Translations under genes and position numbers: made by a program
Notes under the pieces: generated by a model
Seen by the model: the letters and a program-made list of their open reading frames with translations, nothing else
What the model was told of the DNA's origin: nothing
The model's database searches: none
From: Cyanidioschyzon merolae
Lineage: Eukaryota
Direction: 5' to 3' (one strand)
Length of the DNA: 64,000 nt
NCBI GenBank assembly: GCA_000091205.1
Contig: AP006488.2
Part shown: in pieces, positions 1 to 10,978 of the stretch
Layout: the number at the start of each line of letters is the position of its first letter
Position numbering within the stretch: position 1 is the stretch's first letter

Positions 1-2358
1 ACCTCTACACGGATTCACCGACAGGAATCCGCATCTCATTCGTTGTAGGTGTTGCCTAAGGTGGCCCGCCGACATGTTAAAATCTCCCATAATTATCATC
101 GGTTCCTGATTCCGTGTGCGGCGTTTCAATCGCTGGATGTTGGAGGCCAACTCTTTGAGTGCCTGTTGGCGCATCTCTCCGGCGTGTGGTATATAAATGG
201 AGCCCACAAGCCAAGGTGCAGGCTGACCTGGAATTGTAACACTCACAAAGACCATCCATGGAGACGGGTTGCCGACCGCATAGCAAGTGAGGCGTCGATC
301 GACAGTGAGCGCCACACCACGTGTGCGTAACGAAGTTGGCTTCTCCGTAGGGTCTACGTATGTTGGTTCAAAGGTGTTGTCGCCTGGGGTATGCAGACGA
401 TAATACGTCTTTGTGTTCTCTGAGTGTAGTGTCTCCTGCAATGCTAGGATATGGACGTCTCAGCGTTCCAGGAAGTACCTTACGTCATCTAGTATCGAGG
501 CTGTCCCACAAATATTCCATGATGCGGAACCTATCGAGTCGTAGCGCATAAGGGAATAGGAATAGCGCTGCGGTACTCGAGAGATACGTTGTCGATTGAG
601 ATGCACCCTCCACGGCGTGTGAGAACGCACATGCCACCATTGCCTCCTGCATTCCAGTCGTTCAGTGAGTGTCTGCCGCAGCGCTAGCGTAGAATCAGAT
701 GTACATTAGTCAAAGTCGATTCGAATGCGACCTTTATCTTGCCGGACGTGTGAAGCTACCTTCAACCACTGGGGATACGCTATGAACCACCCTGTCAGCG
801 GCTTCGTATCCGCTCCCCAAATACATAGGCGGGCAAGTCGCTTGTTCCAGCTTCTACCGCGAACATACTGCCAGCTGTCTTCCGAAGTATCCGCCGAGAT
901 TGTTTCCAAAGTTGAGGTAGGTACCCAAGGTAGGAGGTAAAACTGAGCCCGATTTCGAGGATGGATCTAGGATTCGCGCCGGAACCCGCAGCGTTGTTTC
1001 GAGAGCAGCGGATAACTGCTCAGCATTCTCGTCAACTTTTTCTGCTGCTGCTGCCTCCGCCCTTCCGTTCCTTGCGGTCAAGGTTCCTGTTGTGGGCTTC
1101 CTTCCTCGTCGCCCGAGCACCCCGTGTTTACCCACTTTCAGAGCTTCTCCGGAAAAACTAGACCTCTTAGGCGGGCGTGGTGTGTGGGTCTTTAAGATAG
1201 TTGTTGTTTATTAAATAGTTTGCGACTAGTTTGTTTTTTTCGTCTCCTATCAATGCGGCAGATGCCGAGATCATTCTACGGGAAAAAATCCGAAGCGGCT
1301 ATTCAGTCGTTTTATGGTCTACCGCGGGTTCGCCTCGCCGTTTCGTGTGCGGAAACAGACCAGCAGCGGCATCACTCGTGTGCGCCTGCTTGGTATCGCT
1401 CCGAACGGCTTCAAAGCGTCGACTAGAAAAGTCGCGCATGCGTCTGGTAGCGCGTCTGGCATGCTAGTCCAGTGCCCACAAACGATGATCGTTTCCCTGC
1501 ACGCTGTCCGAGCATTGGACGCGATGGCTTCAATACCGCCTGACTCCAGCCATCCTTTCTTGATCGGCGGAACGTTTACACTGACCAGAGATACATGCCA
1601 CTGTGCAACTGGATATCTGCATCCGGGAAAGCGTCCGTGATAACTCGCGCTACGTCAAAGTTCCACGACGCGTACTTATGCTCGGAGGGTGTGGTCTATG
1701 CATAGGTTCCGCAGCACACCGAGTCTGCTGTGAGCGCTCGCCAAGACGCCTGTAGCGCCGGCGCTGATGCAGCACACTGACAGAAAAGCTTTGCAAGAAC
1801 GTTGAGCGTGTCGGCTCGAGGCGCCGTTCATCGATCGCAGGGTCGTGTCTCGTCGTCCGTGGGTGCTCGCCCAGTCTGCGTATGCAGACCTGCCTTCGCG
1901 GCACGACGGGTTTGAGAAACCCCGCGATGACGAAGAATCCAAGAGGCCGAGTCTCAACTTTGCTCGTTATCCACCAGTGAGGTGGTGTACGAATCGCTGG
2001 ACTCGCGTGCGCATCTAGTTCGTGGAACCATTCGCCTAGAACGTTGCACACAACGACTGGCCCAGAGATCCAGAGTAATTCCAGCGGATTCACTCCAGAG
2101 CGATTCTTTCTCGCACAAGAACGGGCGTCTAGAATCCGATTCCGCGGATGTGCAACTGCTGCTTGTCATCAGAAAAGAGATCAGGATCCTTCACAGATGC
2201 ACCCCGTGCGCCAGCTCTACCAGCATCATATTCATCTTTTGCTTGTGAATCGAGGCTACCACTCCCGATCGAGATGCATCAGCGGATACGAGCAGGAAAC
2301 TGCCCCAAGGCGTACATCGTTGCAAGTGAACGCTGCCCATACGAGTGAGGCCATAGCG

Positions 2359-2859
2359 CTAACCGGAGAAGTAGCGCTTTGCGAGATTTTTAGCCACTTC
2401 GTGGAACCGCTTGCTCGTAATCGGTGCATCCTCTTCTTGGAATGGGTTGCACACCACATGAGGCACATAGGCCTCGTACACGGCGTGCAGAAACGCCCGT
2501 ACGTTCCGTGACGCATCGTCGCTAGCCCCATGCACTAATACGAAGCGCGTGGCTGCGTTCGGCGTGAGCTGAACCGATGCAGACCAGTCACGGAATCGGA
2601 AGATATGCTTCAAACTTCGGGCCGAGGTTAACCAATATTTCTCCTCGATATGGTCCAGAGCGCTGTAGGCAACGAACTGCAGGAGAACCTGGATGCTCGG
2701 TATGAAATGATGGGGCTCGAAGTCTCCACGCTCTGCCGGACTCGAGAGCTCTGAGCTCGTTCTCCAGTCCAGCTCGGAGAGCGATGCCGGATACAAGAGA
2801 TCGTAGAGAACACGGTCATCTCGTCCGACGATCACAAAATAATAGAGCCGCTCGCTCAT
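2359..2859 (-). CDS. TRAPPC2: TRAPP complex subunit 2 (sedlin/Trs20-like)
   Basis: 166-aa ORF. The N-terminus MSERLYYFVIVGRDDRVLYD matches the sedlin start MSGSFYFVIVGHHDNPVF. VAYSALDHIEEKYWLTS and the C-terminal CNPFQEEDAPITSKRFHEVAKNLAKRY align to conserved sedlin blocks, and the size is right. Confidence 0.85.
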   Translation of the reverse strand: MSERLYYFVIVGRDDRVLYDLLYPASLSELDWRTSSELSSPAERGDFEPHHFIPSIQVLLQFVAYSALDHIEEKYWLTSARSLKHIFRFRDWSASVQLTPNAATRFVLVHGASDDASRNVRAFLHAVYEAYVPHVVCNPFQEEDAPITSKRFHEVAKNLAKRYFSG

Positions 2860-3288
2860 GGTACGACGTTATCGATCTTCCCCGCCTGCCGCGGTTGCCT
2901 CTAAAACCAAGATGATGCCGGGTCCGCAACACCGCCAAAAGACGCGGCAGTTCCCCAAAACCGGGATCAATCAGCGCTCGGGGAGTAGCGCCCCGCCGAA
3001 AGCACCGAACCCTGCTCTAGGTTCAAGAGCAAATCGCAAACAACCCGTCTACGTCTTTTCAAACGTTTGCCGAACCAGGGCAACGAAAGATACGTCAAGT
3101 GCTGATCAGGCTCCAACGACGGTCGTCGTAACAGCAACGATAGCAGTCGTAATGATATCAGCAGCAGGAACAGTAACAATAGTAGTAGCCTGAACCTGTA
3201 CCCAGTGCCACTAGTGCCAGTCAACGGAGCCAGGACAGCTGAACTGCACTTTCCCAAATTCAGGTGCCCTGCTTCATACCCTGCCTTT

Positions 3289-3572
3289 GAAATAAGACAC
3301 AAACTCAGCTCTAAACCCTGAAACAGAAATAACAGCAGTTTTACTGAACGTTCCCACAGCTCTTGTTTCCTGACAAGTTGAGGCTGCTGCTAGGCGTCAC
3401 ACCTCCGAATTGTACAGGCACGTGTGCGCTGAAACAAGACACAAACTCAGCTCTAAACCCTGAAACACAAATAACAGCAGTTTTACTGAACGTTCCCACA
3501 GCTCTTGTTTCCTGACAAGTTGAGGCTGCTGGTAGGCGTCACACCTCCGAATTGTACAGGCACGTGTGCGCT
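3289..3572. repeat. Tandem duplication, 2 copies of a 142-bp unit (3 mismatches)
   Basis: Direct reading: unit gaaa(t/c)aagacacaaactcagctctaaaccctgaaaca(g/c)aaataacagcagttttactgaacgttcccacagctcttgtttcctgacaagttgaggctgctg(c/g)taggcgtcacacctccgaattgtacaggcacgtgtgcgct occurs at 3289-3430 and 3431-3572. Confidence 0.9.
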
Positions 3573-4629
3573 CTTAAGAGAAACGCCGCTGCAGGGCGTC
3601 TGGGCAAACAGCACAGCGGCTCTGGAGGGAGCGACGCTGTTGCGACAACGAGTTGAGGTTTGTTTCGAGCGAGAGTTTGCTCCTATGGTCCAAGATACAG
3701 CTTGGGTAGCTTGGGGTTGCAGGCCAACTTGGTGTACGCGGACGGTCTCAAGCGGGCAAGGCCATAGTCGAGACGCTGGGTGCTGCAGGTACGCCGGCAA
3801 CCGCCAGCAGCGGTGGCACCCAAAGCTGCCAGCACGCGGTTTTCCTCTGGTTGAAGGTAAACGGCTCTGGTGCCGCAAGCTTGGGGCTTTGCGCGGGCGC
3901 TTTCGAGCAACAGCAGACCCACCAAGCGATGATAAAGACGGCGCTGAGGAGTCGTCGTCGGACAAGCACGAGGAGGACGCTCAGCAGCCGCCACCTGGCG
4001 AGCGCCCGTTGCACCAGATTCCTGGCACTTCTTTGCCGTTAGAGGAACTTCAGAAACGCATACAACAGATGAAGCAAACTAGGGCGAGCGCTGATAGCCC
4101 CGAGGACGCCGCCAGAGACCAGACCACCCGTGCAGGTAACAGCGAGCGCTCTGTATTCGAAGTCGAAGCGACTGTTGTCGAGGGATCGCAAACGCCCTAT
4201 GACGCTTCGAAAGAGGTCTGCGTGCTTGTGTTTCGCTCGTCACCTCGTGGTGACGGGATCTACAGTCTCCGGCTGGGCGACGAAGACATTATTTTGGCCT
4301 TCGAGCGGGACGTGGAGGCCATACGCTACGCGCGTTTACTAGCGGCGCAGGAGTTTCCCGAGCCGCACGTCGAAAAACTGCAGATAGGTGAGGTCTATGC
4401 GTTCTGCGAACAAGCCGGCCTGCGTATGGGACTGGTTCCATCCGGCATGATGGTGATCCCTCCAGAGGACAACATGCCCGGCTATGAGCGGTACTTCCGC
4501 GACGCAAAGGATCAGGGGCCTCCAGATCGCGAATACGTGGGAGAGCTCACTGAACGTCAACTGAATGAGCTGAAAAATCGCCTTGGACGACTTGTGGACG
4601 GCGATTCAGGGCCAAGCAGCCTCGACTAG
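3505..4629 (+). CDS. Hypothetical protein with a conserved C-terminal domain; 5' extent uncertain, alternative start at 4069
   Basis: 374-aa ORF whose first ATG lies inside the tandem repeat. The C-terminal ~180 aa (VCVLVFRSSPRGDGIYSLRLGDEDIILAFERDVEAIRYARLLAAQEF...) looks like a globular conserved domain, possibly a plant/cyanobacterial DUF-type. The N-terminal part is low complexity and overlaps antisense ORFs. Confidence 0.5.
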   Translation: MFPDKLRLLVGVTPPNCTGTCALLRETPLQGVWANSTAALEGATLLRQRVEVCFEREFAPMVQDTAWVAWGCRPTWCTRTVSSGQGHSRDAGCCRYAGNRQQRWHPKLPARGFPLVEGKRLWCRKLGALRGRFRATADPPSDDKDGAEESSSDKHEEDAQQPPPGERPLHQIPGTSLPLEELQKRIQQMKQTRASADSPEDAARDQTTRAGNSERSVFEVEATVVEGSQTPYDASKEVCVLVFRSSPRGDGIYSLRLGDEDIILAFERDVEAIRYARLLAAQEFPEPHVEKLQIGEVYAFCEQAGLRMGLVPSGMMVIPPEDNMPGYERYFRDAKDQGPPDREYVGELTERQLNELKNRLGRLVDGDSGPSSLD

Positions 4630-5480
4630 GGTAGCGATCCGACACGAGCGTGCCGTTCGAGTCGGTCGGAGCCGCTCGCGCTCTGGTACGAATGGCGGCA
4701 CATGCATCATGACACGCTACCTTATGGAGTACTTGGGAACGAATGGATTGCTCACGATGCAAATCAAGGTTACGGAGATGGGTAGGGTTGTTTGGATTTC
4801 GGGTGCCTGCTCTACGCTGGTACATAAGCACAAAGCGTTTATCACTGTGGAACGCGGTGATCAGCGTAACCTCCGGTGATTGCTCACGATTACCGGAGCC
4901 GATAGTGATAATGATGATGGTGGTGATGATTTCAGCCGAATACGGTGAGACTAGCAGTCCGTGCTTGGTTACGTGAACGGTGTGCAGACGCCTACTCTGG
5001 CGACCACGCGCGTAGTGAACCAGTTCGCAGCACTTTTTCCGCGAACAGTGAACGTGCTCAAGCGAGCGTCTATGGATGGCCGCTGATGATGCTGTTGTTT
5101 TTGTATTTGCTACGACTACGACTACTACTGCTGCTGCTGCTGCTGCAATATGTTGTTGTAGGGATCAATTGCTAAAAGACCGATCGACGGGGGATGCTGA
5201 TGCTGGCGTCCATTCAACGAAAAGGTATGCGTTTCTGGATGTTCCAGATGCTTATCCCTTTCGATAAAGAATCCTCGATAGCTTCGATACCGTGCGTGAT
5301 GAGTCCTACACCAGTGAATCCCAATGCATGCCGAGAGTGCGAGGTTGGCATGCTCCTGACAGACACATCATCAAAGAAAAAGTCCATTGGCGTCATCGCT
5401 GGCCCTTATTTCACATCCGAGTTTCCGCCATACCTTTTTGCGGAAGGTGAAAACGCTTCGCGGGATACACGCTAACGCCT

Positions 5481-6428
5481 CTAAGATTTCTCGGGCGATC
5501 GCGGGTTGCTTGGAGCTGCACTTTTCGACACCAGCTCTACAACTTGATCGGACATTTTCCTCTGCTCGATTGCGGGCGCAGACTGTTCGGCTGACAGAGC
5601 GCCAACGCTTCCGTCAGCGAAAAAGGTGGTACCCTGCCCTGCTCTTCGAAGCAGGGGTAAAACGCGTAATGCAGTACCTGCCGGACATGGCTCGCCGATG
5701 CTCACTGCGGGTAAACTCTTCGTGGTCGTTCTCCCATGAGCCAATGATGCCAGCGCTTTGGCAGCGGTAGCCTGCGCAAGAGAATCCAACCGAGACTGGT
5801 CAATGGAACGGCTTTTCGGCTCGGGGTAGTCATACATGATGTGCACCGTCCGTGGGATATCCACCGCTGAGGCGCTGGTCCGCCATCGCGTGTGACTCGC
5901 TGTTCCATCCGGGTAGCCGGGTTCGCCTCCAGGTCGCAGTTTTCGTGCCAGAAGTTCCTCCTTGCGCGGACGGCCACGTTTTCGACGAGGTAGCTGTGAC
6001 GCCACAGCCGGCAAAGCATCTCTACCCGTTCGACTCGAGCGATACATCATGTCTGTCACAGCGGATTCTCCGTTTGCGTTCGTGTTCTCCCCGAGCTCTT
6101 TCGAAGCCCCACCTGACGCATTGGATGAAGAAAACTCCGTCTCCTGTTCCGACGCCAACGCTTTACTCGGGGCGTCACTTGCGATTCGGTTGCTTGCGCA
6201 GTCCTGGATATCTGCAGACTGATGCGGCGGCGGTCGCTTCGTACACAAAGTCGGTCTCTCGGCGGGCACAAATGGCATCTGTGTTTCTCGCGCATCGTAT
6301 TTAGCGTCTGTCAACGGGGGTACATGGACCGCTTCGTCTGCTCCTTCGCCAAAGACTGGGCTGTCTGCGTCTGCAGAATCTGGGTCCCTCGAGTCCCGGA
6401 CGTTCTGCGCTCCCTGCAACTCGCCCAT
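5481..6428 (-). CDS. AT-hook motif-containing low-complexity nuclear protein (hypothetical)
   Basis: 315-aa ORF containing the AT-hook core PRRKRGRPRKEE. The ORF is Ser/Ala/Pro-rich with no other recognisable domain. Confidence 0.45.
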   Translation of the reverse strand: MGELQGAQNVRDSRDPDSADADSPVFGEGADEAVHVPPLTDAKYDARETQMPFVPAERPTLCTKRPPPHQSADIQDCASNRIASDAPSKALASEQETEFSSSNASGGASKELGENTNANGESAVTDMMYRSSRTGRDALPAVASQLPRRKRGRPRKEELLARKLRPGGEPGYPDGTASHTRWRTSASAVDIPRTVHIMYDYPEPKSRSIDQSRLDSLAQATAAKALASLAHGRTTTKSLPAVSIGEPCPAGTALRVLPLLRRAGQGTTFFADGSVGALSAEQSAPAIEQRKMSDQVVELVSKSAAPSNPRSPEKS

Positions 6429-7389
6429 ACACGCTACTTGTCCTTGACCTTGCAGGACCTAAATATCGTTGTAAAGGGGCGTGGACAATGCCCCAAAATG
6501 CCCCCCTGACCGCAGACAGATCGCTGACGTTTGTGACTTGACAAGTATACGGACGAGCGGAGCGCGCGAGCCAGCCCCGTGCCGCACGCGCGCTCTAAAG
6601 ACGCTTTTCTTTTCCGGTTTTTACGTAATACCGTAGCGCGTACGCTTTTCGACGCACTCCTGAATATCTCTGCCCCGCCTTGAGGTCTTTATGTACACGT
6701 GCCCCGCACAAGTCCGAAACCCGCGAACAAAACCGGGAAGCGCGACCGCGAACGCTGACACAGCGTAGCCGGGAATGCGCGCTCTCCAGAACTTGTACGA
6801 AGTTGACACCAACACAACCATCCGTCGAGAAATTCCCTAATTCGTAAGGGAATTTCGTACCTTGTTTGTCAATCGCTTCCCGCAGTGCCCAGCTGACACC
6901 CGATCCGCGTCCCTGCACCGTTCTCGCGTCGACTGGGTTGCGGGTGAGCGTCCCAAGCCACAATGCGCTAGCGCCTCGACGAGCTACGCGTGTCGTCTAA
7001 CAACGCTGGCACCATCAGTGTACAGTTTACCGCGAAGAACGCATGATCCGCTTGATGAAACTCGCATATTCTGAAATGTGTGCGCACTAGATCAGGACGT
7101 TGACTTCATTTCACACCACTCGGGATTCCTCCGTTGCACACGACATCATGGCACAGGCGCTGAGCAACATACGTGGAAAACACCGATTTCCAGGCTATAC
7201 CCCGTAGCAGCGGGCAACGTCCATCTGACAACGACACCCCAGCAGTGCGCTGTTCCGAAGCACCGACGCAGACGCTCCGCGCCACGGCAGCCGACAGCAA
7301 GCAGGCAATCGTCGCTGCGGGTGCAGTCCCAGGGGACCGTTGGTCTCTGTGTACTCAGCGAGACCGCGGTTCGAAACACAGTTGCTTGT

Positions 7390-7809
7390 ATGCAGTCGTC
7401 GCGGTTTGGTTGGTCTAGTACTGGTTCAGATCAAACACCGGTTCCGGGGAAGGCCCCAGGGCTTGCAACGCACCTTGACGGGAGCAGTGCGGAGAAGGAA
7501 CGAGCCGATGAAGCTGCTCGCCAAGCGGCTGCCGCGGAGGAAGAGCGAAGGCGTTCGCTTCTGCGTCTGATTCTCAGTGAGGAAGCTTCTGAACGCTTAG
7601 CTCGTGTCGCGCTCGTGAAACCGGACAGAGCAAGGGCGGTAGAAGACTACCTGCTGCGAGCTGCGCGCTTTGGGGAACTAGCTCCAGGCTCGCGGGTTAC
7701 CGAAGAGCAACTGATTGCGCTCCTGCAACGGGTGCACACCGAGTCGGAACATAGGCCATGCGTGACGATTGCTCGGCGCAGGACCTGGTCTGATGACGAA
7801 GATGAGTAA
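7390..7809 (+). CDS. PDCD5: Programmed cell death protein 5 (PDCD5/TFAR19 family)
   Basis: ATG at 7390 in frame with ORF 7078-7809. The C-terminal region RRRSLLRLILSEEASERLARVALVKPDRARAVEDYLLRAARFGEL...VTIARRRTWSDDEDE aligns to the PDCD5 consensus ([28 protein letters not shown]...RRKVMDSDEDDD). Confidence 0.85.
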   Translation: MQSSRFGWSSTGSDQTPVPGKAPGLATHLDGSSAEKERADEAARQAAAAEEERRRSLLRLILSEEASERLARVALVKPDRARAVEDYLLRAARFGELAPGSRVTEEQLIALLQRVHTESEHRPCVTIARRRTWSDDEDE

Positions 7810-8297
7810 GGCAAGCAGAGGCGGTATTGACGTGCGCCTTGGAGCAACGGTCGCTCGGCTGCTGCGGGGGCCAGGCGCTCGCCCGCACTATTGCCACGCG
7901 AAGGCAGCGCCACATGATCCAGGCGTTTTCACCGAAAGCACCGCATGTTCGCTAGTGACGGATGATGCCCGACGACTGCTGTGCTGGGCAGGGTGGTCGC
8001 GCTACGCCGCAGAGGCGTGAAGCTGCTCGTCAAGTGGTTGGAACCTGGGCGTCGGCCTGTGCGGCACGCTTGCGAACACACACACGTACATACATAGATA
8101 CACACACAGCAAAGCGTAGTGCGTACTTGGTGCAAGGAAGCACGCCGCGATCACATACCAGTCCAACCGAAAGCGCGAGACGTGCACACCAATGCACTGC
8201 CTACCTCACTAACACACCAACGCACATCAGACTGGAGGAACAATACCGCAGATACCGGCTGTGTCGGCTTCGATTCAGACGTTTGACACGTGGACGT

Positions 8298-10043
8298 TTA
8301 CGCAGTGTCCAACCAGGGCGAGTCCAGGGCGGCGACCCCGGCAGCAACTCCACCGTCATCCTGCCGTGCTAGCTTAGTCCGTAGGAGATGCCCAACTGCC
8401 TGATTCAAAGTCTCTATCACACCGATGGATCCAGGCGACCCGGCATTCTCAGTGCTCCCGAAAAATATCCCGAAAATACCGAGCTCGGAAACACAGTCGC
8501 TCTGTACTGGTGTGTGTCCGTTTCGGAGGATAACATTCGGAGATATACCTGGGTGAATTCTATCCATGAGTACGTAAGCGCAAAGTGGGTGGTCTGGGTC
8601 CTGTCGATGTGCCAACATGTCGGGAGCATTCCACGTGCGTTCAATGAATGTTTTCATCTCTGCTCCATAGAGATTATGACCGCCACCTTCACGTTGTGGC
8701 TTGAGAACATAGTTTTCCGGCTGATCCAGCACGCGCTGCACCAGCGCAGCACGCGTACTTGGATCATCGAACGCATACATCCCTACGAAAGTCTCACGCA
8801 GCGCCTCGGCTTTGGGATGCGATGGACGAATCGTTGACGCTGCCGCATGCCCATGCGTCATGCGCTCCGACCCGCGCGTATCGTCCAGATACCGCTCTAG
8901 GACACCAGGTTCGCCCAGAATCTGTTGCATGCGCTTCGTTCCGACCAACTGATACGAGGCGTTTGGGCACTCTACCGCATTGGAGCGCGCAATCATCGCT
9001 CGAGCTTGCCACTCGCGATCGCTTGCATAGTCCTGCGGCACGTAACCGGCGCGATAGTAAACAACCGAGATGAACGCCTGCTCCGTTTCCGCGTTTGAGG
9101 TGCTGCGAAGCTGCAACGTCGGACGTGATCCTTCTGCTCCGCCGACGAGTTGTCCGTTCTGAGCAATCTCGGTAAGCGTTGCGCGCCGCACCCGAATATT
9201 GTGCTCCTTCCACAACGTCAGTTCGATCCACTTCTGATCGTAGATATTGCGCTCCTTCGGTTGGACCACGAAGAGAATCACCGTGCTTCCAACGGGTGAC
9301 GAATAGCGCTCGTGCTGGGCGCGCCACCAGCGGTGCGCATGGGCAAGTGCCTCCGCAATACCCTCGAGCGCTCCGCTCTCGGGCATGTTGTTTTCGCACT
9401 GCCCCCGTCGCCATGAAGCAAGCTGCGCCATTGCCCCGTCGAACTGACCGGATCCATCCGAATGTGAACCGTGTCGGAGTTCGCTGGCGAGTCCGAGAAT
9501 ATCCGCGCGGTGCAGGACGTGTGTATGGAGTGCCCGTAGACGGCTGCCGAGTGCTCCAAAGGAGCTCGCAATGGTATTGATTTCCACCAGCTGCAACCGG
9601 CCGTTTGCAGTTACAAAGTAATCCGCACGCGTAACGCTCAAAGCCGGAACATCCGCTTTCAAGGGCTGCTGTCTGACAAGGTCACATAATCGAGCGGTGA
9701 AATCATCTTGAGAAGCAGTTGAGTGCAAGCTCTGGAGCAGAAAAGGAGTATCTCGGGCGAGCCCGTCGATGCAACGGTGCAAGGTTGCCACCAGGCTCCG
9801 GGCTTGGTGGTAGCAGGCGCGCGGAATGACCGTTGGGAAAAGCGTCATGGGCACCGGCACCGCCGTCCAGGTTTGAACTTGATTGCATTCAGTACCGGAC
9901 GACGTTTCTAGGGCCATAACCAAGCCATAGAGCACTGCCGCACACTGGGCGTATTCGGCGAGCTCATGAACGTCGGCTGGTGACGGCACACGCACCAGAA
10001 AGGGTAGCTTCAGCTCAACGGCCGACGACGACGACGACGACAT
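8298..10043 (-). CDS. GSS: Glutathione synthetase, eukaryotic type (ATP-grasp)
   Basis: Hallmark blocks: QDDFTARLCDL, QLVEINTIASSFGALGSRL, ILFVVQPKERNIYDQKWIE, YVLKPQREGGGHNLYGAEM, SELGIFGIF, HLLRTKLARQDDGGVAAGVAALDSPW. All are near-identical to human GSS motifs. The start is taken at the internal Met (MSSSSSSAVELK) because the upstream 54 codons show no GSS similarity. Confidence 0.9.
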   Translation of the reverse strand: MSSSSSSAVELKLPFLVRVPSPADVHELAEYAQCAAVLYGLVMALETSSGTECNQVQTWTAVPVPMTLFPTVIPRACYHQARSLVATLHRCIDGLARDTPFLLQSLHSTASQDDFTARLCDLVRQQPLKADVPALSVTRADYFVTANGRLQLVEINTIASSFGALGSRLRALHTHVLHRADILGLASELRHGSHSDGSGQFDGAMAQLASWRRGQCENNMPESGALEGIAEALAHAHRWWRAQHERYSSPVGSTVILFVVQPKERNIYDQKWIELTLWKEHNIRVRRATLTEIAQNGQLVGGAEGSRPTLQLRSTSNAETEQAFISVVYYRAGYVPQDYASDREWQARAMIARSNAVECPNASYQLVGTKRMQQILGEPGVLERYLDDTRGSERMTHGHAAASTIRPSHPKAEALRETFVGMYAFDDPSTRAALVQRVLDQPENYVLKPQREGGGHNLYGAEMKTFIERTWNAPDMLAHRQDPDHPLCAYVLMDRIHPGISPNVILRNGHTPVQSDCVSELGIFGIFFGSTENAGSPGSIGVIETLNQAVGHLLRTKLARQDDGGVAAGVAALDSPWLDTA

Positions 10044-10460
10044 GCCCCCAGCCGATAACTTTACGCCCAAAAATGGTGTCCCGTTGGAAACGTTTCGTGT
10101 CGGGACGCAGGCGGGGTCCACGCAACGAAAGTCGACTCCGCTGCAGCAGCTAAACGCGACTCGCCGCAGCGCTCTTGACGACGCTGCGTCGCACGCGTGA
10201 AACAACTGACACCCAAACTGGCAAACTTGTTGCCAAACTCGTCACAATTTACCACAAACCGAGTTCCAAAAAGCAGTCCCCTCACGTGACTTCGCCCGAG
10301 ACAAACCGCGGCAGCGTACGCTTGTTTGCAGAGCCGAACAAGCCAGCGCCCCGCTGAGTCGGCTCCAGGAGCCCCGCTCGGACACGGGGCAATGCTGCGG
10401 GTCCAGGGCCTGGACTAGACCTCTGGATGCTGTACAGGTTGCTGGTGGATTTTCTGCTGG

Positions 10461-10500
10461 TCTGTGTGTGTGTGTCTGTGTCTGTGTCTGTGTCTGTGTC
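10461..10500. repeat. (GT)n / (GTCT)n microsatellite
   Basis: tctgtgtgtgtgtgtgtctgtgtctgtgtctgtgtctgtgtc read directly. Confidence 0.9.
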
Positions 10501-10978
10501 ACTTTTTCCGTACCTCCACTCCGGTTCCAAGAGCCAACTGGAGTACTAGACCAAACAAATTTCAGAGACGAGCAAGAGTTGCCCCATGATGTTGACGCAC
10601 TCCGCACCTGGCAGACGCCGAGGCGGCTCCAGAGTATAGCGAGCAAGCCCAGGATCCAGCGTCTAAGCGTATGAACGATTTGAAGATTCACCTCCATACA
10701 CGATGATCTTCTTTTGCCGAATGCCGACGACGATGCGATACAAGCGCGAACTACGGATCGCTGTATCTTCCTGATGCATTCCTGCCATGCCGACGAAACG
10801 AGCCATGATACGATGCATTGCCGCTGTCAAGTAGCAGGTCATTCGCGCTACGCATGCCGGTCCACAGGCGTTGGGTTCCACAATGAACTCACGGAAGCGC
10901 GCTCCCTTCTCGGGAACACACGACGCTAGTGGCCTTCTGGGTCGCTCACGAAACTCGTCGGAGGGCGTTCCAGGTGCG

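Noticed and set aside
7337-7392. GGTTCGAAA B-box-like motif and GGTCTC/GAGACC hairpin just upstream of PDCD5, considered as a possible second (permuted) tRNA
   Set aside because: No acceptor, D or anticodon stems can be formed in either linear or permuted order. It is probably a 5'-UTR/promoter hairpin.
10044-10205. Upstream 54 codons of the glutathione synthetase ORF (MFHACDAASS...)
   Set aside because: This stretch has no similarity to any GSS N-terminus and is Cys/Arg-rich low complexity. It is more likely 5' UTR read-through, so the start was placed at the internal Met before the poly-Ser tract.
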